A program made the position numbers and the translations under genes. From Vulcanimicrobiota bacterium (GTDB lineage Bacteria > Vulcanimicrobiota > Vulcanimicrobiia > Vulcanimicrobiales > Vulcanimicrobiaceae), in NCBI GenBank assembly GCA_963733295.1, contig CAVTCS010000003.1:2432001-2496000 (forward strand): DNA of 64,000 bases, read 5' to 3'. Below the pieces are notes generated by a model. It ran no database searches. It had not been told where the DNA came from and saw nothing but the letters and a program-made list of their open reading frames with translations. Below, in pieces: positions 43,730-53,889 of the stretch (positions are counted from its first letter, which is position 1; every line of letters starts with the position of its first letter).

Positions 43730-44697
43730 ACGGCGCGCCGGTCCGCATCGCCGGTGTGACGGTGCGCTATCCGGGTTCCGACCGGCCCGCGGTCGACGAC
43801 GTCAGCCTCGACATCGCGGCCGGCGCGCTCGTGGTGCTTCTCGGACCGTCCGGTTGCGGCAAGAGCACGTTGCTGCGCACGATCAACCGCTTGATAGCGC
43901 CCGATTCGGGGTCGATCGAAGTCGGCGGACGCAACGCGCTCGAAGGGGACGCCGAATCGCTGCGGCGCGGCATCGGATACGTGATCCAGGCCGTCGGTTT
44001 GTTCCCGCACATGACGGTCGCGCAGAACGTCGCGGTCGTGCCCGGGCTTCTGGGCTGGGATCCCGCGCGCATCGAAGCACGCGTCGACGAACTCCTCGGC
44101 CTCGTGCGCCTCGATCCGGCGCGCTATCGCGCGCGGCTGCCGCGCGAACTGTCGGGCGGCGAACAACAGCGCGTCGGCGTCGCGCGCGCGCTGGCGGCCG
44201 AACCTCCGGTGTTGCTCATGGACGAGCCCTTCGGCGCCGTCGATGCGATCGTGCGACTCGCCTTGCAAGACGAGACGCTGCGCATTCACCGCGCGCTCGG
44301 GACGACGATTCTCTTCGTCACTCACGACGTCGACGAAGCGCTGCGCATCGCCGACCGCATCGTGATCATGAACGCAGGCAAGATCGTGCAGTCGGACACC
44401 CCGCTGCGAATGCTGGCGCATCCCGCGACGCCGTACGTTGCCGAGCTGCTCGACGCGCACGACTCGGTGCGCCGCTTGAGCCTGCTCACCGTGCGCGACG
44501 CGATGCGGCCGCAGCCGGCCGGCGCGCCGGCTCGCACGAGCGAGGCGCAAGCTCGCATCGCGCCGGACCGCACGCTGCGCGAAGCGCTCGCGCGTTTGCT
44601 CGATGGCCCCGAGCGCCTCGAGGTCGTCGAAGGCGAGCGGCATTGCGGAACGCTCGAATTCGACGACGTGCGGCGCGCCATCGCCGAGGCGGCATGA
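43726..44697 (+). CDS. ABC transporter ATP-binding protein (OpuBA-like)
   Basis: Walker A 'GPSGCGKST', 'LSGGEQQRV', 'LMDEPFGAVD'. Confidence 0.92.
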   Translation: MNGAPVRIAGVTVRYPGSDRPAVDDVSLDIAAGALVVLLGPSGCGKSTLLRTINRLIAPDSGSIEVGGRNALEGDAESLRRGIGYVIQAVGLFPHMTVAQNVAVVPGLLGWDPARIEARVDELLGLVRLDPARYRARLPRELSGGEQQRVGVARALAAEPPVLLMDEPFGAVDAIVRLALQDETLRIHRALGTTILFVTHDVDEALRIADRIVIMNAGKIVQSDTPLRMLAHPATPYVAELLDAHDSVRRLSLLTVRDAMRPQPAGAPARTSEAQARIAPDRTLREALARLLDGPERLEVVEGERHCGTLEFDDVRRAIAEAA

Positions 44698-45314
44698 GCT
44701 GGCTGTTCGAGCATCCCGGCGAGGTCGCGTTTCGCACCGCGCAGCATCTCCAGCTGACGCTTTCCGCGCTCGCCATCGCGCTGGCGATCGCGCTGCCGCT
44801 CGGTGTCGTCGCGGCACGCGACCGGCGCATCGGCCGGCCGCTGTTGGCCGGACTCGGAATCGTTTACACGCTGCCGAGCCTCGCCGTCTTCGCACTGCTG
44901 ATTCCGCTCTTCGGGCTGGGATTTTGGACTGCGCTGATCGCACTCGTCGCTTACGCTCAGATGATCTTGGTGCGCAACGTAGCGGTCGCGCTCGAAGGCG
45001 TCCCCGCTCCCATGCGCGAGGCCGCGCGCGGACTCGGTATGTCGCCGCTCCAGAGCTTGTGGCGCGTCGAGCTCCCGCAAGCGCTACCGGTGATCGTGGG
45101 CGGCGTTCGGATAGCGACCGTCTCGCTGATCGCGATCGCCAACCTTGCGGCTTGGATCGACGCCGGAGGTCTCGGCGTGCTGCTCTTCGCAGGCCTGCGC
45201 AACGTCGATACGGGCAAGATCGTCGCGGGGAGCCTCGCCTCCGCGCTGCTCGCGATCTGCGCCGACCTGAGCCTACGCGCGCTCGAGCGCCGCTTGGCGC
45301 GCCGCAGCCGCTAG
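44694..45314 (+). CDS. osmoprotectant/QAC-type ABC transporter permease
   Basis: ATGA overlap. 'YTLPSLA', 'EAARGLGM', 'AGGLG'. Confidence 0.9.
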   Translation: MSWLFEHPGEVAFRTAQHLQLTLSALAIALAIALPLGVVAARDRRIGRPLLAGLGIVYTLPSLAVFALLIPLFGLGFWTALIALVAYAQMILVRNVAVALEGVPAPMREAARGLGMSPLQSLWRVELPQALPVIVGGVRIATVSLIAIANLAAWIDAGGLGVLLFAGLRNVDTGKIVAGSLASALLAICADLSLRALERRLARRSR

Positions 45315-45374
45315 CCCCTCGAAGAGCCGGAGGCTGACCGCTTCGCCGTAATTCCGATCGCCGGCGTCACGCGC

Positions 45375-46385
45375 TCAAACGATGACGAACAGGCTCACCG
45401 CGTAGCGCTCGAGCGGATCGATCCACGACCGGAGCACGCGGAATCCCGAGCGTGCGGCCAAACTCGCGAGGTCGGCGCGCGCAAACTTGTACGACGATTC
45501 GGTGTGAATCGATTCGGCGGTCCGGAACGCGATGGTCGATTCGAGAGCGTCGATCGCCACGATCTGTCCGCGCTGCGAGACGAGGAACGAATCGACGGCG
45601 CCTCGCCGCGCGTCGTAGCGCGCGACGTGCTCGAAAGCGTCGAGGTCGAAGTGACCGCCCAGCTCGCGATTGATACGCCCCAAGAGATTCTTGTCGAAGG
45701 CGGCGGTGACGCCGGTTGGATCGTTGTACGCGAGCTCGAGAATGGCGGCGTCCTTCTTCAAGTCGGTGCCGAGCAAGAGACCGTCGCCCGGCTTGAACGA
45801 GGCCGACATCGCGGAGAGCAGCGCCTCGGCTCGTTCGGGCTCGTAGTTTCCGACGTTCGATCCGAGGAAGAGCGCCAGCACGCGCTTCGAGGTGCGCAAG
45901 CGGGCCGAGGTGAGAACCTCGAAATAGTCGCTCGCATACGCGGTCACGTGCAGGCGCGAGTACTCCGTGACGAGCGCCGAGACCGACTGCACGAGCGCGG
46001 TCCCGGAGATGTCGATCGGGTGATACTCGACGCGGGTCTGACGTTCGAGCGCTTCGCCGATCAGAATGCGCGTCTTTTGCGCGCTGCCGCTTCCGAACTC
46101 GACGAGTTCGACGGGCCCGTCAAGCGCCGCCAGCATTTCCCGAGCAGAGCGCTGCAGAATTTCAGTCTCCACGCGGGTAAGGTAGTACTCTGGGAGTTGC
46201 GTGATCGCTTCGAACAGCGCGCTACCGAGAGCGTCGTAGAAGTACTTGGGCGAAAGGTGCTTCTGCGCGGCACCGAGTCCGGCGCGAACGTCGTCCGCAA
46301 AGGTCTCCGTCTGCTCGAGGACGGGGGTCCGATAAAGCAGGAAGCGCTCGTCGATCGTCGTGAGCTGGTCGCGCTGCGTAATCAT
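45375..46385 (-). CDS. egtD: L-histidine N(alpha)-methyltransferase (hercynine-forming)
   Basis: 'KHLSPKYFYD..GS.LFE.IT.LPEYY.TR.E', 'EFGSGS..KT', 'FLGSNVGN', 'AYND..GVTAAF', 'IHTESSYKF'. Confidence 0.9.
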   Translation of the reverse strand: MITQRDQLTTIDERFLLYRTPVLEQTETFADDVRAGLGAAQKHLSPKYFYDALGSALFEAITQLPEYYLTRVETEILQRSAREMLAALDGPVELVEFGSGSAQKTRILIGEALERQTRVEYHPIDISGTALVQSVSALVTEYSRLHVTAYASDYFEVLTSARLRTSKRVLALFLGSNVGNYEPERAEALLSAMSASFKPGDGLLLGTDLKKDAAILELAYNDPTGVTAAFDKNLLGRINRELGGHFDLDAFEHVARYDARRGAVDSFLVSQRGQIVAIDALESTIAFRTAESIHTESSYKFARADLASLAARSGFRVLRSWIDPLERYAVSLFVIV

Positions 46386-46408
46386 TCGAACCTCACCCAC
46401 CCAAGGAG

Positions 46409-47143
46409 TTGAACGTGCGAACCCAAGACGTGATGGTCCCCGTTGACGGAAATTCGATGCCGAGCTACCTGGTGCGCCCCGATGGAGACGAACCCAGCCC
46501 CGCGGTCATCGTGCTGCAAGAGATTTTCGGCGTCAACCGTGAGGTACGCAGAATTGCCGAATTGGTTGCAGGGGACGGGCACGTCGCACTGGCCATCAAC
46601 TACTATCACCGAACCCACCCCTCTCTCAACGAGCCCTATACCCCGGATGGATTCAAAAAAGGCCGCGAAGCGGCAAGTGCCGTCCGCCGGGCAAATCTCC
46701 TGGCCGACCTCGAGGCCTCCATCGCTTGGCTCGACGCTCAGCCCTTCGTGGAGCGCGGAAGGATTGCGACGATGGGTTTTTGCTTCGGGGGAAGCGTCGC
46801 ATTCCTCTCGGCCACGCTGCACGGGATCAGGGCTGCGGTCTCGTTTTACGGAGGCCAGATCGCCGGTAATTTTCCAGACGGCGAGCCCGGGCCGCTGGCG
46901 GACGTCACGGCCGTTCGCGCGCCGCTGCTGCTCTTCTTCGGCGGCAAAGACGAGCACATCAGCCAAGACGAAGTCGCCCGGATCGACGCCGAGCTCAAGG
47001 CGCACGACAAGAGCTACGAGATCGTCACCTATCCCGAGGCGGGCCACGGCTTCTTCCGCGAAAGCTCGAGCGATATGGACCGGGCCGATGTGGCCGACGC
47101 TTGGGGGCGCACCAAAGCGTTTTTGGCCTGGAATCTGAATTAG
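46409..47143 (+). CDS. dienelactone hydrolase family protein
   Basis: 'LQEIFGVN', 'GFCFGG', 'YPEAGHGF'. Confidence 0.9.
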   Translation: MNVRTQDVMVPVDGNSMPSYLVRPDGDEPSPAVIVLQEIFGVNREVRRIAELVAGDGHVALAINYYHRTHPSLNEPYTPDGFKKGREAASAVRRANLLADLEASIAWLDAQPFVERGRIATMGFCFGGSVAFLSATLHGIRAAVSFYGGQIAGNFPDGEPGPLADVTAVRAPLLLFFGGKDEHISQDEVARIDAELKAHDKSYEIVTYPEAGHGFFRESSSDMDRADVADAWGRTKAFLAWNLN

Positions 47144-47175
47144 TGGCCAGTAACGGAAGGATCGGTAGCCACTAG

Positions 47176-47892
47176 TTAAGTTCTAATGTAACCCGCGCCC
47201 GTCTCGTCGCGAATCAGACGCGACCAGCGGTCGTAGATGTCGGCAACGTACTCGCGCGTTTCCGCAAACGGGGGTATGCCGTGGTAGTATGCGACGTTCC
47301 CGGGACCGGCGTTGTAGGCCGCAAGTGCGGCGGCATACGGATCGGGGTACTCGCCGTCGTAGGCACGGACGTAACGTGCCAGCAGCATCGCCGATCCGCG
47401 CAGCGCGTCGCGCCAATCGAAAGGGTCGACGCCCTCGCCGGCGGCCGTGTCGAGCGTGAACTGAGCGATGCCGACCGCGCCGGCGGCCGAAAGCGCACCT
47501 CGATCGAAGGCGGACTCTTGCAGAATCGTTGCGGCGAAAAAGTCAGGGTCGAGACCGGCCAACGCTGCCTGCCGGCGCGCTTCGACGGCGAGCACGAGCG
47601 CTTCGAAGGGGTCGAGTCGCGGGTTGCTGCGCACGATCGAGCGCGTCACGGCGAGCGCCGGCCGCGCCGGAACCGGAGCGTCCCAAAGCAGCCGCGAGCC
47701 GCGAATACAACCCGTCGCATGGGGTAAATCCCACCCGAGCGCATAGGCTGGAAGCGCATCCAAGCGTGGAGGCGGCAAGAAGCGGCGGCTCACTTGAGCG
47801 CTTGGAGGGACGGAGCAACTGAACAGGGCCAAGAGGGCCGCGGCGGCGCAGAGCCGGAAACCCTGGGGCAGGTAAGCCCGCTTGGTCGGCAC
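47176..47892 (-). CDS. lytic transglycosylase (SLT domain), start uncertain
   Basis: 'QESAF...ALS.AGA.GIAQF', 'ALAAYNAGPG', 'PPFAETREYV'. Confidence 0.85.
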   Translation of the reverse strand: MPTKRAYLPQGFRLCAAAALLALFSCSVPPSAQVSRRFLPPPRLDALPAYALGWDLPHATGCIRGSRLLWDAPVPARPALAVTRSIVRSNPRLDPFEALVLAVEARRQAALAGLDPDFFAATILQESAFDRGALSAAGAVGIAQFTLDTAAGEGVDPFDWRDALRGSAMLLARYVRAYDGEYPDPYAAALAAYNAGPGNVAYYHGIPPFAETREYVADIYDRWSRLIRDETGAGYIRT

Positions 47893-47961
47893 AAGTCGGA
47901 TGAAACCCGATTCACGGGAGAGGTTAGGTTCGTGCAGGATTCGCTCTTAGGCGGCACCGTG

Positions 47962-48516
47962 ATGTTCTTCGTGTCGCTTTCGATCGTGCTGGTCGTGGGC
48001 GACTTCGCGTCCACATTTTTTTATCACGTCCCGCAGCACTTGTGGTTCAAACTGCACCTGCGCACGCACCACGATAACCGGCGTTCCTATTGGGACCATG
48101 CGGTCCTCTCGAAAGATCCTGGGGTTCTGCTCGACGGTTTTCTCGGCGCGCTTCCCTACATGCTCATCGCCGCGGCCTTGGTACCGCTTTCGACGGCGGC
48201 CGCCGCCGGCGCCGCTCTCGGACTCGTGCTCGGCCAGCTGCACGTCTGGTGGCGGCACACCTGCGAGATCGGTTGGGTGAGCCCTCCCTGGCTCGTGCGG
48301 TTCAGCCGGATCTTCGGGCTCGTCTTGCCCGAGGACCATAACGGCCACCATGCCAATCCGGACGTCGAGTTCGGCGACCTCTTCCGCTTCTACGATGCGC
48401 CGGCCCGAGCGTTTCTCAACTACATCCGGACGTTTCAGCGCCGTCGCCGCACGGCGTTGCGCCGGCTCGAGCGAATTCGCGCTCTGCGACTTACGCGCCG
48501 GACGCAACGAGCGTAG
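47962..48516 (+). CDS. sterol desaturase / fatty-acid hydroxylase superfamily membrane protein
   Basis: His boxes 'HVPQH', 'HLRTHH', 'HVWWRH', 'HNGHH' with TM segments. Confidence 0.75.
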   Translation: MFFVSLSIVLVVGDFASTFFYHVPQHLWFKLHLRTHHDNRRSYWDHAVLSKDPGVLLDGFLGALPYMLIAAALVPLSTAAAAGAALGLVLGQLHVWWRHTCEIGWVSPPWLVRFSRIFGLVLPEDHNGHHANPDVEFGDLFRFYDAPARAFLNYIRTFQRRRRTALRRLERIRALRLTRRTQRA

Positions 48517-48539
48517 CTCTTCCGAGTATACGAGGCTAG

Positions 48540-49736
48540 ATGACAAAACGCGTCCTCCTGTTGATCTCGGACACCGGCGGCGGCCACCGCAGCGCGTCCA
48601 ACGCGATAACCGCCGCCCTCGACGAGGTCACCGAAGCGCCGGACGGTCAGCCGTTACGCTTCGAACACCGCATCGAGGACGTCGCCTCCCACTGCAGTTT
48701 TCCGCTCTCGCAGCTAGGCGCGGCGTATAGCGCAGCGCTGCGCTTCGCGCCGCCGGTTTACGGCGCACTTTACCACGCGACCAACGGCCGGCGCCGCTTC
48801 AAGAGCGTGATCCGGTTCTGTGAGCCGCTCTACCGGCGCCGCTTGCGCGACTTATTCCTCGAGTACAAGCCCGACGTGATCGTCTCGGTGCACCCGCTAC
48901 TCAATCACGCGGCGCTGCGCGCGCGGGCCGACGCCGGGATTCTCAACGTACCGGTCATCACCGTCATCACCGATCTCGGAAAAGTCCACGAAGGCTGGCT
49001 CGTTCCGGAAGTCGACGCGGTCGTCGTTCCGGCGAGCGAAGTCTACCAGCGCGCCCGCTCGCGCGGCATCGAACGCAACCGGATCTATCAGCTCGGGCAT
49101 CCCGTCCATCCCAAATTCGAAGACGTCTCCGAAACCAAGCAACAGTTGCGCGTGCAGCTCGGTCTCCCGGCGGAGAAAACGATCGCGCTGCTGATGGCCG
49201 GCGGCGAAGGCGGCGGCAAGCTGCTGCCCACGACGCTCGCCCTCGCAAAGTCGAAGTTGCCGCTGCACCTCGTGGTGATCACGGGACGAAACGCAGCGCT
49301 GCGCGCGAAACTCAACGAACTCGCCCCGACGCTCGGCGTGCCGATGACGATCCTCGGCTACTGCGACAATGTCGCGGAGCTGATGCGCGCCGCGGATTTA
49401 CTCGTAACCAAGGCCGGTCCGGGCGCGATCGCCGAAGCGAGCATCGCCGAGGTGCCGGTCGTCGTCTACGATTTCATCCCCGGTCAAGAGCGCGGGAATC
49501 TCGACTACGTTCGTACGAACGGAATCGGCGTCGTCGCCCTCACGACGGCCGACGTGGTTCGCTCGACGCGCCGGATCGTTTCGAACCTCGAACGTCTGCA
49601 AACGATGCGAGTCCGCCAGGGCAGCGTTGCCCCCCGCGGGAGCTCGCGCCGCATCGCCGAGCTGATCGCAAACATCGCGCTCGGAACCTCGGCTCCCGCG
49701 CAAGCACCGCCGCCGCGCATCGCCGCCGCGCTCTAG
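48540..49736 (+). CDS. MGDG synthase / UgtP-like diacylglycerol glycosyltransferase (GT28)
   Basis: 'SDTGGGHRSA', 'VSVHPL', 'VITDL', 'GGEGGG', 'TKAGPG', 'PGQERGN'. Confidence 0.88.
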   Translation: MTKRVLLLISDTGGGHRSASNAITAALDEVTEAPDGQPLRFEHRIEDVASHCSFPLSQLGAAYSAALRFAPPVYGALYHATNGRRRFKSVIRFCEPLYRRRLRDLFLEYKPDVIVSVHPLLNHAALRARADAGILNVPVITVITDLGKVHEGWLVPEVDAVVVPASEVYQRARSRGIERNRIYQLGHPVHPKFEDVSETKQQLRVQLGLPAEKTIALLMAGGEGGGKLLPTTLALAKSKLPLHLVVITGRNAALRAKLNELAPTLGVPMTILGYCDNVAELMRAADLLVTKAGPGAIAEASIAEVPVVVYDFIPGQERGNLDYVRTNGIGVVALTTADVVRSTRRIVSNLERLQTMRVRQGSVAPRGSSRRIAELIANIALGTSAPAQAPPPRIAAAL

Positions 49737-49746
49737 CGGCAAACCC

Positions 49747-50700
49747 TCAGGCAGTCGCTTTCGCGACGAGGCCGCCCCTGCGCGCCATCGTGGCGGCGCC
49801 GATCGCGCCGGCGTCGTTGCCGAGCGAGGCCTGCACGATTTTCGTCGTACCGCGCGGGACCATCGTGGTGAGCGCTTCGACCTGCGGACGCACGGCGTCG
49901 AGCATGAAGTCGCCCGCACTCGAAACGCCGCCTCCGAGTGCGATCATCTCGGGGTTGACGAACGCGATGATGTTCGCAAGACCGCACGAGAGATCTTCGA
50001 TATAGCGCTGCCAGGCGGCAAGGGCGTGACCGTCGCCGGCCTCGGCCGCTTTGCGAACGGCCTTGGCGCTGAGCTTTTCGGGCTTGCGATGCACGAGCGT
50101 ACTGCGTGGAAACGAGGGCGCGAGCGCGAGCGCATGCCGCAGCAAACCCGTGCCGGAAGCTTGCGCTTCGAAGCATCCGGTTTTGCCGCAGCCGCACACA
50201 AAACCGTCGGTCGCGCGAATCTGGTGGTGGCCGAACTCGCCCGCGCCGCTCGCGTTACCGATCAACAAGTTGCCCCCGGCGATAATTCCGCCGCCGATTC
50301 CGGTGCCCAGCGTCAGCAAAACGAAGTTCGCGGTTCCCACGCCGCAGCCGAAGGAGTGCTCCCCCAGCGTCGCGCAGCGCGCGTCGTTCGCGATGAAGAC
50401 CGGGACGCCGAACGCTTCGCGCAGGCTCGCGCCGAGCGGGGCGTCGTGCCATCCGAAGTTCGGCGAATAACGGACCGTTCCCGAGACCGGATCGACGTTG
50501 CCGGGCGAACCGAGCCCGATCGCCGCCGGCGCCTGCTTCGATTGGTCGCACACGTCCTTGACGGCTGCGACGATCGTCCGGAGCACCGCATCGAAGGCGT
50601 GGTCTTCGATGTCGATGTCGAAGCGTTTCTTGATGACGCCGCTGTCGTCGACCGTGGTGGCAAGCACGTGCGAACCGCCGAGGTCGACGCCGATGGTCAT
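49747..50700 (-). CDS. ROK family sugar kinase (glucokinase-like)
   Basis: 'GVDLGGS', 'ANDA', 'TLGTGIGGG', 'GEFGH', 'CGCGKTGCFE'. Confidence 0.92.
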   Translation of the reverse strand: MTIGVDLGGSHVLATTVDDSGVIKKRFDIDIEDHAFDAVLRTIVAAVKDVCDQSKQAPAAIGLGSPGNVDPVSGTVRYSPNFGWHDAPLGASLREAFGVPVFIANDARCATLGEHSFGCGVGTANFVLLTLGTGIGGGIIAGGNLLIGNASGAGEFGHHQIRATDGFVCGCGKTGCFEAQASGTGLLRHALALAPSFPRSTLVHRKPEKLSAKAVRKAAEAGDGHALAAWQRYIEDLSCGLANIIAFVNPEMIALGGGVSSAGDFMLDAVRPQVEALTTMVPRGTTKIVQASLGNDAGAIGAATMARRGGLVAKATA

Positions 50701-50738
50701 AGGGCGGGCGCTTCGTCCTCGGCCGAGAAGCCCCTCGC

Positions 50739-51917
50739 ATGGCGCTCATGCTGGAGATCCCGCAGCGCATCATCGACGACGCGATCGCGCTGCGGCGCGA
50801 CCTGCACGCTCATCCCGAACTCGGCTTCCAGGAAACGCGCACGGCGGCCATCGTCGCGGGTCGCCTCCGGGAGCTCGGTTACGACGTTCACGAAGGCATC
50901 GCGACGACCGGAGTCGTTGGCGTGATGACCGGAGTGCGACCCGGGAAGACGATCATGCTGCGCGCCGATATGGACGCGCTGCCGCTCGCCGAAGAGAGCG
51001 GGGCGCCTTACGCTTCGACCGTAGCGGGCAAGATGCACGCGTGCGGCCACGATGGCCACGTGGCGATCTTGTTGACTGCGGCGGCATTGATCGCGCAGCG
51101 GCGCGGCGAGCTCGCCGGCACGATCGTGCTCTGCTTCCAGCCGGCTGAGGAAGGCCAAGGCGGGGCGCGCGCGATGGTGGCGGAGGGCATGCTCGAGCGC
51201 TTCGGCGTCGAGCGCGCCTACGGGCTCCACCTCTTCTCGCAACTTGCGACGGGCACGCTCGGCTTTCGCGAGGGCCCGTTCTATGCGTCCAGCGATTCGA
51301 TCGAGATCACGATCGAGGGCTTCGGCGGACACGGCGCGGCGCCGCACCTTTCGATCGACCCGATCCTCGTTGCGGCCGAATTCATCGCCTCGATCCAGAA
51401 AGTCGTCAGCCGTTTTATCGACCCGCTCGAACCGGCGGTCGTCACGATCGGTTCGATTCACAGCGGCACGACGCACAACGTCATCCCTTCGAGCGTCAAG
51501 CTGCTCGGCACGGTGCGCGCCTTCGATGCGAACGTGCGCGAGCGCATGGCCGAGCGCATCGAGCGCATCCTGCGCGGAGTCTGCGAAGGTTCCGGAGCGA
51601 GCTACGAGTTCGAGTATCTGTGGCGCTACCCGGTGACCACAAACGACGCCGGGCAAACCGCCTATGCGCGGCAGCTGGCGGCGCAGACCGTCGGCAACGA
51701 GTCCGTCGTCCTCTCCGAAAGGCACATGGGTGCCGAAGATTTCTCGTTCTACGCCCAGCGAGTGCCGGCGTGCTTCTTCATCCTGGGTTCGGGGAGCACC
51801 GAAAACACTCGCTACCCGCACCATCACGGCAAGTTCGACCTCGACGAAGCCGCTCTCGCGAACGGGGTGCGCATGATGCTCGCCCTCGCGCTCGACGCCC
51901 CCGAGCACGCGCCGTAA
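50739..51917 (+). CDS. M20D amidohydrolase
   Basis: 'HPELGFQE', 'LRADMDALP', 'MHACGHDGH', 'QPAEE', 'GAEDF'. Confidence 0.92.
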   Translation: MALMLEIPQRIIDDAIALRRDLHAHPELGFQETRTAAIVAGRLRELGYDVHEGIATTGVVGVMTGVRPGKTIMLRADMDALPLAEESGAPYASTVAGKMHACGHDGHVAILLTAAALIAQRRGELAGTIVLCFQPAEEGQGGARAMVAEGMLERFGVERAYGLHLFSQLATGTLGFREGPFYASSDSIEITIEGFGGHGAAPHLSIDPILVAAEFIASIQKVVSRFIDPLEPAVVTIGSIHSGTTHNVIPSSVKLLGTVRAFDANVRERMAERIERILRGVCEGSGASYEFEYLWRYPVTTNDAGQTAYARQLAAQTVGNESVVLSERHMGAEDFSFYAQRVPACFFILGSGSTENTRYPHHHGKFDLDEAALANGVRMMLALALDAPEHAP

Positions 51918-51927
51918 CGGATCGCGT

Positions 51928-52470
51928 TTAGGGGTTCGGGATCGCGATCGTCGGGTCGTTGTAGCCCGAGTAGAGAATCGTAAGGTCCTCGGCTTTGCAG
52001 CGGCTGACCAAGAACGTCTTCGGATCGTAGTCGCACGTCTCGTCGCTGCCGTCCTTGAACGTGTATTTGAAGACACCCATGCGTTTGCCGTCGACCGCTT
52101 GCTCGGGCAGCGTGACGAAACGCGAGGCCGGACTCTGCTTGGCGCTGCGCACGAGTCCCGCGATGTCGAAGTCCAAGTTATTGGCGGTCGTGTCGGACTT
52201 CTGCCACTTCCCGTCGGTAAAGATCCAGTAGTTCTTGCCGATGAAGATCGTCTTGAGCGGCTTGCCGTCGATGACGGTCGTCATCTTGTAGCGATCGGGC
52301 GCGAGGTAGGTACCGCTCGAGCGGACCGAGCCCAAGACGGTGATCCTATACGATTTGACCGTATCGTACGCGGCCAAGACTTTGGCGCGGACGTCGGCGG
52401 CGGCCGCCGCCCCCAGCGCGCAGAGGAGCACGAGTGCGGCGGACAAGACTCGCCGCGTAAGAGCCGGCAC
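51928..52470 (-). CDS. secreted hypothetical protein
   Basis: GTG at 52470 with GGAGG SD. Signal peptide ends 'GAAAAA', followed by a beta-rich mature part. Confidence 0.7.
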   Translation of the reverse strand: MPALTRRVLSAALVLLCALGAAAAADVRAKVLAAYDTVKSYRITVLGSVRSSGTYLAPDRYKMTTVIDGKPLKTIFIGKNYWIFTDGKWQKSDTTANNLDFDIAGLVRSAKQSPASRFVTLPEQAVDGKRMGVFKYTFKDGSDETCDYDPKTFLVSRCKAEDLTILYSGYNDPTIAIPNP

Positions 52471-52570
52471 GCAGAACCCTCCCAGCGTCGAACGATGAAC
52501 GTTGCGTTCGCGCCAAATGTCCCACGGCCTCGCGCCGGGGCCGGGCCCTGCCGGTCGCGAACGAGTACTC

Positions 52571-53275
52571 ATGCACGAAACGATCGATCTGATCTCGCAC
52601 CAAGCGCTGCGCGAACTTCGCGCCTTCACCCGGAAAACGGCTCAGCCGACGACGCTCGAACTCATGGACCTCGCTCCGATGGAGCACGTGAGCGATATCG
52701 AGATCGACGAAGAGCACGTGACGATCCGGTACAACCAGAAGACGACGCACAAGTACAACGTCGACGAGATCACGCACAAAGAGTGGATCTACAAATATAA
52801 CGACGATGCCGAGTTCGTGCGGGCCGTCGCCGCGGTCATCGAACTCGCGCGCAAGCACTTGCGCGACCTGCCCGAAAACGTCGCCTGCCCGCCGGGTTGC
52901 GCCGAATGTTGCAGCGGCTACGAGCCGTTCGTCAACGCGGGCGACGTGCAGCGCATCGCGGATCGCTTGGGCATCTCGTACGCCGAAACGCTCGCTCAAT
53001 ACGTCGTCCAACGCCCCTCGGCCGACGGTTTCGTCGTCGGTTTCCTGCGCAAGGTCGACGAGGATCTCGCTTCGCAGTGCGTCTTCCTCAAAGGCGATCG
53101 CTCGGGCCGCCACTATTGCGGCATCTACGAAGCGCGTCCGGACGACTGCCGGGCGTTCACGCCGATCGGCTGCGATGACGTCGACGATTCGCTGCGCCAC
53201 GACCGAACGTTCGCACCGGGAGCGCCGTTCCGGCCACGGCACGCGGCCACGAACGGAAAGCGCAAGCGCCGCTAG
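52571..53275 (+). CDS. YkgJ family cysteine-cluster protein (CxxCxxCC)
   Basis: 'CPPGCAECC', 'CVFL...YCGIYEARPDDCRAF'. Confidence 0.85.
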   Translation: MHETIDLISHQALRELRAFTRKTAQPTTLELMDLAPMEHVSDIEIDEEHVTIRYNQKTTHKYNVDEITHKEWIYKYNDDAEFVRAVAAVIELARKHLRDLPENVACPPGCAECCSGYEPFVNAGDVQRIADRLGISYAETLAQYVVQRPSADGFVVGFLRKVDEDLASQCVFLKGDRSGRHYCGIYEARPDDCRAFTPIGCDDVDDSLRHDRTFAPGAPFRPRHAATNGKRKRR

Positions 53276-53279
53276 CGCG

Positions 53280-53855
53280 TTAGCGGCCCGCTTCTCCGAG
53301 GATCGCGTACACTTCGCGCCGCGCCCGGTCGACGATCTCGCGCACCTTGCCGGCCGCAACCGGATCGCCGTCGCGCGCCACCTGCCAGATCGCCGCGCCT
53401 AGCCGGAAGGCCGCGTCTCTGAGGTCGTGGCGAATGTCGTGCAGCTCTTCCGAATCGGCGCTCGTCTCTTCGGGACGCTCGTTCAGGAACTCGCGGCCCG
53501 CATCGGTCAACGTGTAGACGCGTTTGCCCTCGACGGTCTCCGAGGTGACGTAGCCTTCGTCTTCGAGCATTTGCAACGTCGGATACACCGAGCCGGGGCT
53601 CGGGCGGTAACCTTCACGCTGCGCCTCGAGCGCGCGAATCACGTCGTAGCCATGGCGCGGCCGCTCGAGCAGCGTTTCGAGGATCGCGAACTTGACGTCG
53701 CCGCGGCGAAAGCGCTGCTCTCCCGGGAAGCGTCCCCAACCGAATTCGAAGCCGCCGCGATGGCGCCGGCCGAAATGTTTTGCGCGCATGTGAAAGGCCG
53801 CTTTTGCGAATTCTTGGACCGAATCATGTAGGTCGTTTAAATCATGTATTGGCAT
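53280..53855 (-). CDS. PadR family transcriptional regulator
   Basis: 'RGDVKFAIL..L.ERPRHGYDVI', 'PSPGSVYPTLQMLEDEG', 'KRVYTLTDAG'. Confidence 0.92.
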   Translation of the reverse strand: MPIHDLNDLHDSVQEFAKAAFHMRAKHFGRRHRGGFEFGWGRFPGEQRFRRGDVKFAILETLLERPRHGYDVIRALEAQREGYRPSPGSVYPTLQMLEDEGYVTSETVEGKRVYTLTDAGREFLNERPEETSADSEELHDIRHDLRDAAFRLGAAIWQVARDGDPVAAGKVREIVDRARREVYAILGEAGR

Positions 53856-53860
53856 GTCGA

Positions 53861-53889
53861 GACGATATCACGATATATCGCGATACGTC
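53861..53889. promoter_or_regulatory. palindromic operator (core CGATATATCG) between divergent padR and oxidoreductase
   Basis: gacgatatca-CGATATATCG-cgatacgtc: perfect 10-bp core with imperfect arms, starting 6 bp from the padR start. Confidence 0.6.
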
